This document shows, piece after piece, positions 56,740-64,000 of a DNA stretch of 64,000 nt. The DNA comes from a virus. Position 1 is the first letter of the stretch. Each line of letters starts with the position of its first letter. The position numbers and the translations under genes were made by a program. The DNA lies in the IMG/VR virus record IMGVR_UViG_3300042482_000679. One strand, given 5' to 3'. The notes under the pieces are model-generated. The model was given only the letters and a program-made list of their open reading frames with translations. It was not told the DNA's origin and searched no databases.

Positions 56740-57582
56740 ATGAAAAAAATATATTTTGCAAATACTTCTTGGGGAGACTCAGAATCATTAGTAAGAAACA
56801 TTATTGACCAAACCCCAAATAGTTTAGGTGTTTGGGAAGATGTTACATACACATTAAATAAATCAGAGTCGGATTTTATTATCGTGCAAGATGGGACCCC
56901 TGAGGATGTTGATGACTCCAAAGTAATTTATTTTGGTAGAGAACCTAAACACGTAACAGTTGCGTATTATGAATGGAAAAGAAATTCATATGGGAACTAT
57001 CATCACGAAGCAGGTAATTGTTGGTTACCATCGACTTGGTGGGTTAAACACCCATTTAATGAGTTGTTTGATTTAAACCCAACAAAGACTAAAAAACTAT
57101 CCGCAATAGATTCTGGTAGAATTATGACAGAATATCATCATTTTAGAAAAGAATTGGTTACAAAATTGATGACGAATTATTCACAAGATGTTGATGTTTA
57201 CGGACATATCAGACCAGGTCACGCCCTACCTCCTAGAGATAAAAAACAAGGTTTAATTGATTACAATTACAACTTAGTTATTGAAAACGGTAAAACTGAT
57301 TTTTATTTCAGTGAAAAATTTGTTGACCCAATTTTATTACTTACAATGCCAATTTATTCAGGTTGTAAACAAATTAGTAAGTTTTTTCCAAAAGGTAGTT
57401 ATATCGAATTTGATGATTCTAAAGGTATCGATTATGCAATTAGTCAAATACTTGAAATTGCAAATTCAAACTATAGAGAAGAAAATATTGAAAATCTAAA
57501 AGAAGCAAGACACTTAGTCCTAAACAAATATAATATTTGGCCAACAATAAAAATGGCGATTGACAATAAAAAAGTATTATAA
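56740..57582 (+). CDS. GT10 (fucosyltransferase-like) glycosyltransferase
   Basis: DVYG...K...Y.YNLVIEN...YFSEKFVD...PIYSG matches the GT10 motif. Confidence 0.7.
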   Translation: MKKIYFANTSWGDSESLVRNIIDQTPNSLGVWEDVTYTLNKSESDFIIVQDGTPEDVDDSKVIYFGREPKHVTVAYYEWKRNSYGNYHHEAGNCWLPSTWWVKHPFNELFDLNPTKTKKLSAIDSGRIMTEYHHFRKELVTKLMTNYSQDVDVYGHIRPGHALPPRDKKQGLIDYNYNLVIENGKTDFYFSEKFVDPILLLTMPIYSGCKQISKFFPKGSYIEFDDSKGIDYAISQILEIANSNYREENIENLKEARHLVLNKYNIWPTIKMAIDNKKVL

Positions 57583-57995
57583 TGGAAAAAATATATTCAA
57601 AAGTAGACCCATCTAAACTTCTTCATTTAATTGTTAGAAAAGATGACATCACTCCAGGAAGACAAGATGTAATCTCTGAAGAAAACTTTATCCAATGTTC
57701 AATCTTGAATATGGAGGAAGGTAAAACATTTAAACCACATAAACACATTTGGAAAGAAAGAACTCGTAATGTAATCGCCCAAGAAAGTTGGATTGTAATC
57801 CAAGGCTCTGTAAAATGTATTTTTTATGATATTGATGACACTATAATTGCCGAACCAATATTAAATGTGGGTGATGCCAGTTTCACTTTAGAAGGTGGAC
57901 ATAATTACTATATTTTGGAAGACAACACTTTGGTTTATGAATATAAAACAGGTCCATATGAAGGTCAAAAATTAGATAAAACATTTATTGAATAA
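57582..57995 (+). CDS. Cupin-fold protein (WbuC/sugar isomerase-like)
   Basis: PHKH...QE...G...GGH..EYKTGPY cupin motifs. Confidence 0.7.
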   Translation: MEKIYSKVDPSKLLHLIVRKDDITPGRQDVISEENFIQCSILNMEEGKTFKPHKHIWKERTRNVIAQESWIVIQGSVKCIFYDIDDTIIAEPILNVGDASFTLEGGHNYYILEDNTLVYEYKTGPYEGQKLDKTFIE

Positions 57996-57996
57996 T

Positions 57997-58533
57997 ATGA
58001 AATTACATCTTGGTTGCGGTAAAAGAGATTTTGGTCCTGAATGGATTCACATCGATGGGGCGGACTTCCCACACATTAAAAGTCACGATATTACAAAATT
58101 AGATTTTGAAGAAAATACAGTTGATTTAATTTATTCATCACACACTTTGGAATACTTTGATAGAATTGAAGTTATTGAGGTATTGAAAGAATGGTTAAGA
58201 GTTTTAAAACCAAATGGCGTTTTAAGATTGGCGGTTCCTGATTTTGAATCAATGGTTCATCTCTATATTGTTGGTGGTGAATTAGAATCATTTTTAGGCC
58301 CTCTATACGGTAGAATGGATATGGGTGACACCAAAATATATCATAGAACTTGTTATGACTTTAAATCATTAAAGACTTTGTTAGAAAACAATGGTTTTAC
58401 GGATGTATCAGTGTATGATTGGAGGGAGACTGAACATTCACACATTGATGACCATTCTCAAGCATATCTACCACATATGGATAAAGAACACGGAACTTTA
58501 ATTAGTTTAAACGTAGAATGTAAAAAAAAGTAA
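57997..58533 (+). CDS. SAM-dependent methyltransferase (Methyltransf_11-like)
   Basis: LHLGCG, SSHTLEY and RVLKPNGVLRLAVPD motifs. Confidence 0.8.
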   Translation: MKLHLGCGKRDFGPEWIHIDGADFPHIKSHDITKLDFEENTVDLIYSSHTLEYFDRIEVIEVLKEWLRVLKPNGVLRLAVPDFESMVHLYIVGGELESFLGPLYGRMDMGDTKIYHRTCYDFKSLKTLLENNGFTDVSVYDWRETEHSHIDDHSQAYLPHMDKEHGTLISLNVECKKK

Positions 58534-58534
58534 T

Positions 58535-59131
58535 ATGACACCAACATTTGAAATTGTTCAGGAATTTGAAAGTAAAGTTGCGGAGTTTTTTGGAGCACCG
58601 TTCGCAGTTGCTTTTGATAGTTGCACACACGGGATTGAAGTTGTTCTTAGATATTTGGAAACTAAAGAAATTTCAGTGCCAACAAGAACATACTTATCCA
58701 TCCCATTTTTAGCTAATAAATTAAACATTGGTTTAGAATGGAGAATCGAAGCTTGGCAAGATTACTACTACATTACAGACAGAGTAATTGATGCCGCTGT
58801 TTTATGGAAAAAAGATTCTTATATCCCAGATACATTTATGGGAATTAGTTTTCAATACCAAAAACACTTATCTTTAGGTAGAGGTGGGGTTATATTATTA
58901 GATAACGAACACGATAAAAATCAAATTAAAAAAATGTCATACGACGGTAGATTACCTATGATACCTTGGAGAGACCAAAACATCGACACTTTTGGTTATC
59001 ACTATTATATGACGCCAGAAACCGCAAAATTGGGTTTATCAAAACTAGAGGACGCAATCAACACAGAACCAAAAAAATGGGTGGTTACAGATTGGCCAGA
59101 TTTAACAGAAATGGATATTTTTAAAAAATGA
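58535..59131 (+). CDS. Short DegT/DnrJ/EryC1-family PLP sugar aminotransferase
   Basis: FE..VAEFFGAPFAVAFDSCT, DAA and SFQYQKHL..GRGG motifs; only 198 aa. Confidence 0.75.
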   Translation: MTPTFEIVQEFESKVAEFFGAPFAVAFDSCTHGIEVVLRYLETKEISVPTRTYLSIPFLANKLNIGLEWRIEAWQDYYYITDRVIDAAVLWKKDSYIPDTFMGISFQYQKHLSLGRGGVILLDNEHDKNQIKKMSYDGRLPMIPWRDQNIDTFGYHYYMTPETAKLGLSKLEDAINTEPKKWVVTDWPDLTEMDIFKK

Positions 59132-60108
59132 GTAAAGTAGCTTTTATAACAGGAATTAATGGTCAAGACGGTAGTTACTTGGCGGAACACTTATTAACTA
59201 TGGGTTATGAAGTTCACGGTATGGTTAGAAGAAATTCTATGTCCGAGAACCAAGATTCAAGAGTTTATCACTTAACAGACCAAATAACAACACATTATGG
59301 AGACTTATTGGATGAAAGTTCTATTGATAGAATTTTAGAAAAAGTAAGACCTGATGAAATTTATAACATTGGTGCACAAAGTCACGTAAGAATATCTTTT
59401 GATATGCCACAATTTACGGTTAAAACAAATGCTCTTGGTGTATTGAATGTTTTAGAGTCATACAGAAGAGTTGTACCAAACGCTAAATTTTATCAAGCGT
59501 CATCTTCTGAAATGTTTGGTAATAGTGTTGATGAGGATGGGTTTCAAAGAGAAACCACCCCGATGCATCCAGTATCACCTTATGGATGTTCAAAATTGTT
59601 TGGTTATTCTATCGTTAGAAACTATAGAAAGGCATACGGATTACACGCAACTAACGGAATATTATTTAATCACGAGTCACCAAGACGAGGTTCAAATTTT
59701 GTAACTAACAAAGTTGTTAAAACCGCAGTACAAATTAAACTTGGTCTTGAGAAAAAATTAGAATTAGGGAATTTAGACTCATACAGAGATTGGGGTCACT
59801 CAAAAGATTATGTTAAAGCAATGCATTTAATTATGAATCACGAAACACCTGAAGACTTTGTTGTATCAACAATGCAAACCCACTCTGTAAGAGATATGAC
59901 AAAATATGTTTTTGATAGTATGAATATGAACTATGAAGACTATGTAACACAAAATCCAATTTTCATCAGACCTGAAGAATTAAAATATCTTAAGGGAGAT
60001 TCTACAAAGGCTAGAACAATACTTGGTTGGAAACCTGAATATACATTTGAGTCAATGTTAGATGAAATGGTTGAATATTGGTATAACCATTTTTCAAAAC
60101 AACTATAA
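59128..60108 (+). CDS. gmd: GDP-mannose 4,6-dehydratase
   Basis: ITGINGQDGSYLAE, AQSHV, YQASSSE, SPYGCSK, LFNHESPRRG..FVT and RDWGH motifs. Confidence 0.95.
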   Translation: MSKVAFITGINGQDGSYLAEHLLTMGYEVHGMVRRNSMSENQDSRVYHLTDQITTHYGDLLDESSIDRILEKVRPDEIYNIGAQSHVRISFDMPQFTVKTNALGVLNVLESYRRVVPNAKFYQASSSEMFGNSVDEDGFQRETTPMHPVSPYGCSKLFGYSIVRNYRKAYGLHATNGILFNHESPRRGSNFVTNKVVKTAVQIKLGLEKKLELGNLDSYRDWGHSKDYVKAMHLIMNHETPEDFVVSTMQTHSVRDMTKYVFDSMNMNYEDYVTQNPIFIRPEELKYLKGDSTKARTILGWKPEYTFESMLDEMVEYWYNHFSKQL

Positions 60109-60245
60109 TGTCAGAAAAAAAACCAAAAAAACCGGAAAAACAAACCGAGGACAAACCATACATTTATGAAAGTCCTGATAAAGGAAAAACTATCTACAAA
60201 AGAAAATTAGGTGAATACCCGATTGAACGAGAACGTATAAAATAA
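60108..60245 (+). CDS. Small hypothetical protein (45 aa)
   Basis: Absent from the ORF track. MSEKKPKKPEKQTEDKPYIYESPDKGKTIYKRKLGEYPIERERIK*; TAATG-coupled at both ends. Confidence 0.6.
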   Translation: MSEKKPKKPEKQTEDKPYIYESPDKGKTIYKRKLGEYPIERERIK

Positions 60246-60979
60246 TGAGGATGAAGAAAAAAACAAACAACCCAACACCAACTCCTGAGTATGGTGGTTC
60301 ACCAAGAACTAAAAAGGAACTGATTTCAACAATCATAAAAAGACAAACAAAAGAAAAATTTCTAAGTGAAAGTCAGAAGTTGTATTACGAAAAATTAAAA
60401 ACATCTGAAATCACAATTTGTTCGGGTCCTGCAGGTGTGGGTAAAAGTTACATAGCAATGAAAGCGGCTATTGACCTATTAGCTGACCCTAGTACACCTT
60501 ACGAAAAGATAATCATTGTTAGACCAGCGGTTGAAGCTGAAGAAAAACTGGGTTCTTTACCGGGTAATGTTGAAGAGAAACTTGACCCATATATCTTCCC
60601 AAGTTATTACCTTTTAAACAAAATTATCGGTAAAGACGCACGTGAAAAATTAAAAGATATTGAAGCGATTGAAGTATTCGCATTGGCTTATATGAGAGGT
60701 ATGAATATTGACAACTCAATTCTAATCTTTGAAGAAGCTCAGAACGCAACCCCCAATCAAATGAAATTGCTTTTGACAAGAATTGGGTTTAACTCCAAAT
60801 TCTTTATCTCAGGTGACTTAGAACAAACTGACCGATACAAAGATAAAACACACTCAGGTTTGTGGGACGCGATGAAAAGATTCTCAGATTTAGATAACAT
60901 CGGAACTCACGAGTTCAAAGATACTGATGTTGTGAGAAATCCTTTGATTACCAAAATACTAAAAAGATACGAAGATTAA
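60245..60979 (+). CDS. phoH: PhoH-family ATPase
   Basis: GPAGVGKS, RPAVE, LPG, YMRG, EEAQN, LLTRIG, GDLEQTD and VVRNPLI motifs. Confidence 0.9.
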   Translation: MRMKKKTNNPTPTPEYGGSPRTKKELISTIIKRQTKEKFLSESQKLYYEKLKTSEITICSGPAGVGKSYIAMKAAIDLLADPSTPYEKIIIVRPAVEAEEKLGSLPGNVEEKLDPYIFPSYYLLNKIIGKDAREKLKDIEAIEVFALAYMRGMNIDNSILIFEEAQNATPNQMKLLLTRIGFNSKFFISGDLEQTDRYKDKTHSGLWDAMKRFSDLDNIGTHEFKDTDVVRNPLITKILKRYED

Positions 60980-60980
60980 A

Positions 60981-61571
60981 ATGAGAATCGCAATTGATGT
61001 TAACGGAGTTCTTAGAGACACTCTTTTAAGAATTGAACAGGTCTATACTAAGTTCTATGTTGATAATCCATTTATCACTGATGAGGAAAAAGAACCTTAT
61101 GAAGTGTTATCACCCGTAGAAACTTTAGATATTTCAAAACACCTGAAATTCAAAGATGAGGATGAGGTTTATGACTTCTTGTATAGAGAACATACTATGG
61201 AAATATTTGGTCACGCTCCGTCCGTAGAAATGACATCATTTAACGACTTCAACGAGTTTTATACTGACCACAGAGATAATAACGAAATTATTATTGTATC
61301 TGATGAGATTGGTAAATCAAAACCCGCAACATTATTCTTCTTATCTAAGTTTGGATGTTTAGTAGAAAAGATAAAATTCTACTCAGAAATCACCACTAAT
61401 TCTATGTGGGATGAAATAGATGTTTTACTTACGGCTAATCCTAACTTATTATTAAATCACCCTACTGATAAAATTGTGATAAAATTCAACACTGTCTATA
61501 ATACAGATATTGATATAACACACAATATTAATACTATTAAAGAACTTAAAGAAATTATAGAAAAATTATGA
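60981..61571 (+). CDS. HAD-like 5'-nucleotidase-type protein
   Basis: RIAIDVNGVLRD motif I variant (DxN rather than DxD). Confidence 0.5.
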   Translation: MRIAIDVNGVLRDTLLRIEQVYTKFYVDNPFITDEEKEPYEVLSPVETLDISKHLKFKDEDEVYDFLYREHTMEIFGHAPSVEMTSFNDFNEFYTDHRDNNEIIIVSDEIGKSKPATLFFLSKFGCLVEKIKFYSEITTNSMWDEIDVLLTANPNLLLNHPTDKIVIKFNTVYNTDIDITHNINTIKELKEIIEKL

Positions 61572-61843
61572 TAGAAGTATTTGGACAAAACTATTATGTG
61601 GATTTCGATAAAATCGAATCATACATTGATACTATCGGTGACGAAAGTTTAAATCTTTCAGGTGGGACGGAAATGAAAATTAATGTTGTAAAATACGAGC
61701 TAATTAAATTAATGTTAGATGTTATTTTTAGTGAAATGGATATGGGAGACAATAAATTAGGACTTAAAAGTTCAGAAATATCCATACCATTTAGATTAGC
61801 ATTTAACTCATTATTAAACAAAAATATAATAAATCATTATTAA
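61568..61843 (+). CDS. Hypothetical protein
   Basis: 91-aa ORF within the operon. Confidence 0.6.
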   Translation: MIEVFGQNYYVDFDKIESYIDTIGDESLNLSGGTEMKINVVKYELIKLMLDVIFSEMDMGDNKLGLKSSEISIPFRLAFNSLLNKNIINHY

Positions 61844-61844
61844 T

Positions 61845-62900
61845 ATGGACCAATTACAAATTGACAAGGTAAAACAATCTATAGACAAACTTAGAGATAA
61901 GTCGTCTAAAATTTATTTCTTTGTGCACGACACAAAAGGAAATGCGAAAGCATCAATAAAATACATTTATGATATGGCGTTGACTCTTAAAAGAGGGGGT
62001 TACAACGCAATCATTCTTCACGAGAAGAAAGATTACACAGGAGTTTCAGGATGGTTGAATGAGGAGTATATGAATGAAATCCCTCATAAAGTTATTGAAG
62101 GTGAGAATATTGAAATTGCACCTGAAGACTTTTTGGTAATCCCTGAAATCTTTGGGTTTATGATGGACCAAGTTAAAAACTTACCTTGTGGTAAAATTGT
62201 ATTAACTCAGGGTTATTCATATATGTTGGAAACATTACAACCAGGTCAAACTTGGAATCAGTTTGGTTTCTTAAAATGTATCACCACAAGTGAAGTTCAA
62301 AAAGACTACATTCAAAAAGTTATGAGAGGTCAAACTTTTGATGTTATCGAACCATTTATTGAGGATTACTTCAAAAAGTCTGAAAGACTTCCGATGCCAA
62401 TTATCGGTGTTCACTCAAGAGAACAAGAAGATACAATTAACCTAATCAAAACTTTCTATTTGAGATTCCCTCAGTTTAGATGGTTTACGTTTAGAGATTT
62501 ACGTGGATTGAGTCAAGAACAATTCGCTAAGGCAATCTCAGAATGTTTCTTAACAGTTTGGATTGATAGAAACAGTGCTTACGGTACCTTCCCATTGGAG
62601 AGTATGAAATGTGGTGTTCCAACAATTGGTATCCAACCAAACTTGAAACCTGAGTGGATGAATGAAACTAATGGTGTGTGGATTAAGGACGAAACTTTAC
62701 TACCTGAATTAATTGCCGATTGGTCTCAACATTGGTTAGAAGATGACATTTCAGAAGATGTCCTTAAAAATTTAGATATAACAATCGAACCTTTACCAAA
62801 TAAAGAGTCGTTTCAAAATAAAGTGATAGAAGTGTTCTCGGGATACCTTAATACCAGAGCAGAATCTATGGAAGAACAAATCTCAAAATTCGCAGAATAA
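61845..62900 (+). CDS. GT-B-like glycosyltransferase
   Basis: VIPE and AYGTFPLESMKCGVPTIG (E-x7-E-like) motifs. Confidence 0.65.
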   Translation: MDQLQIDKVKQSIDKLRDKSSKIYFFVHDTKGNAKASIKYIYDMALTLKRGGYNAIILHEKKDYTGVSGWLNEEYMNEIPHKVIEGENIEIAPEDFLVIPEIFGFMMDQVKNLPCGKIVLTQGYSYMLETLQPGQTWNQFGFLKCITTSEVQKDYIQKVMRGQTFDVIEPFIEDYFKKSERLPMPIIGVHSREQEDTINLIKTFYLRFPQFRWFTFRDLRGLSQEQFAKAISECFLTVWIDRNSAYGTFPLESMKCGVPTIGIQPNLKPEWMNETNGVWIKDETLLPELIADWSQHWLEDDISEDVLKNLDITIEPLPNKESFQNKVIEVFSGYLNTRAESMEEQISKFAE

Positions 62901-62901
62901 T

Positions 62902-63708
62902 ATGGAAGAAAAATTAAATTTATCAGTAATCCTACCCATCAAATCATCATTAGCATTAAATTTTGATGAGTATTTTAATAAAGCAATTACTTCATTAAAA
63001 AACCAAATGGTTGGTTTTGAAGAATTAATCATTGTTAGTTCAAATGAAGAACAACTAAAGTCTTACTTAGAATCATTTGATTTTGGTGACTTGAATGTTG
63101 TAAAATTAAATTACGATGGTGAACCAAATTATTCATCACAAATTAATTATGGTGTATCACAAGCCAAGGGTGAATGGATTTCATTTTTTGAATTTGATGA
63201 CGAATACGCATCAATTTGGTTTAAAAATGTTTTAAAGTATTCAAAATCATATCCTGAAGTACAAGCTTTCTTACCTGTAGTTGTTGATGTTGATGATAAA
63301 GAAGTTTTTGCTGGTTTCACAAATGAAGCGGTATTTGCCGCAAACTTCTCACAAGAAATGGGATATTTGACAAATGATATTCTACAAGATTATCAAAACT
63401 TCCAAAGCTCAGGTATGGTAATTAAAAAGAGCGTTGTCGAAGAGTTTGGTGGTTTTAAATCTTCAATCAAACTTACATTCGTATACGAATTTTTACTTAG
63501 AATGACATACAATTCGGTATCTATTATGACAATCCCAAGATTAGGATACAAACATACAAATATGAGAACAGGTTCATTGTTTTGGAACTACAAGTTTAGT
63601 GATGAGAAAATGGTTGAGGATGAGGTTAAGTTTTGGGTCCAAACAGCTAAAAAAGAATATTTCTTCTCAAATGATAGAACCATAAAGTATGAGAGTCAAA
63701 ATGGATAA
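62902..63708 (+). CDS. GT2-like glycosyltransferase
   Basis: LSVILP, NYGV..AKGEW..FFEFDDEY and FGGFK...YEFLLR motifs. Confidence 0.7.
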   Translation: MEEKLNLSVILPIKSSLALNFDEYFNKAITSLKNQMVGFEELIIVSSNEEQLKSYLESFDFGDLNVVKLNYDGEPNYSSQINYGVSQAKGEWISFFEFDDEYASIWFKNVLKYSKSYPEVQAFLPVVVDVDDKEVFAGFTNEAVFAANFSQEMGYLTNDILQDYQNFQSSGMVIKKSVVEEFGGFKSSIKLTFVYEFLLRMTYNSVSIMTIPRLGYKHTNMRTGSLFWNYKFSDEKMVEDEVKFWVQTAKKEYFFSNDRTIKYESQNG

Positions 63709-64000
63709 TGCTAGAGGTTCTATCAGCTACAACAGAAGAGTCCACCGCAAAAAAACGCGGTAGGAAATCTACAGGTCAAACTACGAATTATTTTGACGTA
63801 AGGGAAGAAGAGGCTGTTAAAAGTTTTCTTTTAGCGGAAACGCAAGAAGAAAAAAATAGAATTTATAACGAATTTCTACGTATGCCATTGGATAAAATGA
63901 TATCCTCAATTATACGTAGATACAAACTTTATAGAAAAGATATGGATTTCAGGGAAATCCATAACGATACTCATTCATTCTTAATGACAAAAGTTGATAA
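63708..64000 (+). CDS. gp55-like late sigma factor (partial; runs off the window)
   Basis: Absent from the ORF track. MLEVLSATTEESTAKKRGRK...NYFDVREEEAV..FL......KNRIYNEFL..PLDKMISSIIRRYKLY...DTHSFLMTKVD resembles the N-terminal half of T4-like phage sigma factors. Confidence 0.55.
   Translation, partial: MLEVLSATTEESTAKKRGRKSTGQTTNYFDVREEEAVKSFLLAETQEEKNRIYNEFLRMPLDKMISSIIRRYKLYRKDMDFREIHNDTHSFLMTKVD

Noticed and set aside
1-64000. Stop-codon reassignment as in some jumbo phages
   Set aside because: Conserved genes are full length in code 11, and TAG and TGA serve as stops (e.g. 45856, 15704).
1-64000. Giant eukaryotic virus or bacterial capsule locus as the source
   Set aside because: Sheath, tube, baseplate, neck, gp32-like and sigma-like genes indicate a contractile-tailed phage despite the eukaryote-like GT60 and mucin-like genes.
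1-64000. tRNA or rRNA genes
   Set aside because: Intergenic gaps are short and AT-rich, and no cloverleaf with a T-loop motif was recognised by eye; a tRNAscan run would be needed to confirm.

Overview
A 64-kb segment of a large, AT-rich, T4-like (contractile-tailed) jumbo bacteriophage genome in the standard genetic code. The host is probably a Bacteroidota member, inferred from the general lack of Shine-Dalgarno motifs and one TTTG-N20-TATATTTG promoter. The left part (0.9-23.8 kb, minus strand) is a tail and baseplate module: gp27-like hub, gp53/LysM-like wedge, an OmpA-domain baseplate protein, tape-measure-like protein, gp26/gp51-like chaperones, tube, sheath, and gp15- and gp14-like proteins. 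It is preceded by a partial gp32-like SSB. The middle carries an SNF2 helicase, an SOD fusion, a gp13-like neck protein and a family B DNA polymerase. The most striking locus (32.4-43.3 kb) puts a GT60-like polypeptide GlcNAc-transferase and three further glycosyltransferase genes directly downstream of three Thr/Pro-rich mucin-like genes and a LamG-like gene. It is a candidate phage-encoded mucin-type O-glycosylation (virion glycocalyx) system. A second glycan cluster (45.9-63.7 kb) adds sulfation, methylation and GDP-sugar enzymes plus dUTPase and PhoH, and the window ends in a partial gp55-like sigma factor. Other signals are a TATTTAT putative late-promoter motif, a candidate +1 frameshift at UUU_UUU_CGC, a structured polymerase leader, an uncalled RHH gene with tandem boxes, [ST]G-x-T enrichment in virion proteins, and I/L-x-E N-terminal motifs. 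All family assignments come from motif recognition by eye; no database searches were run.
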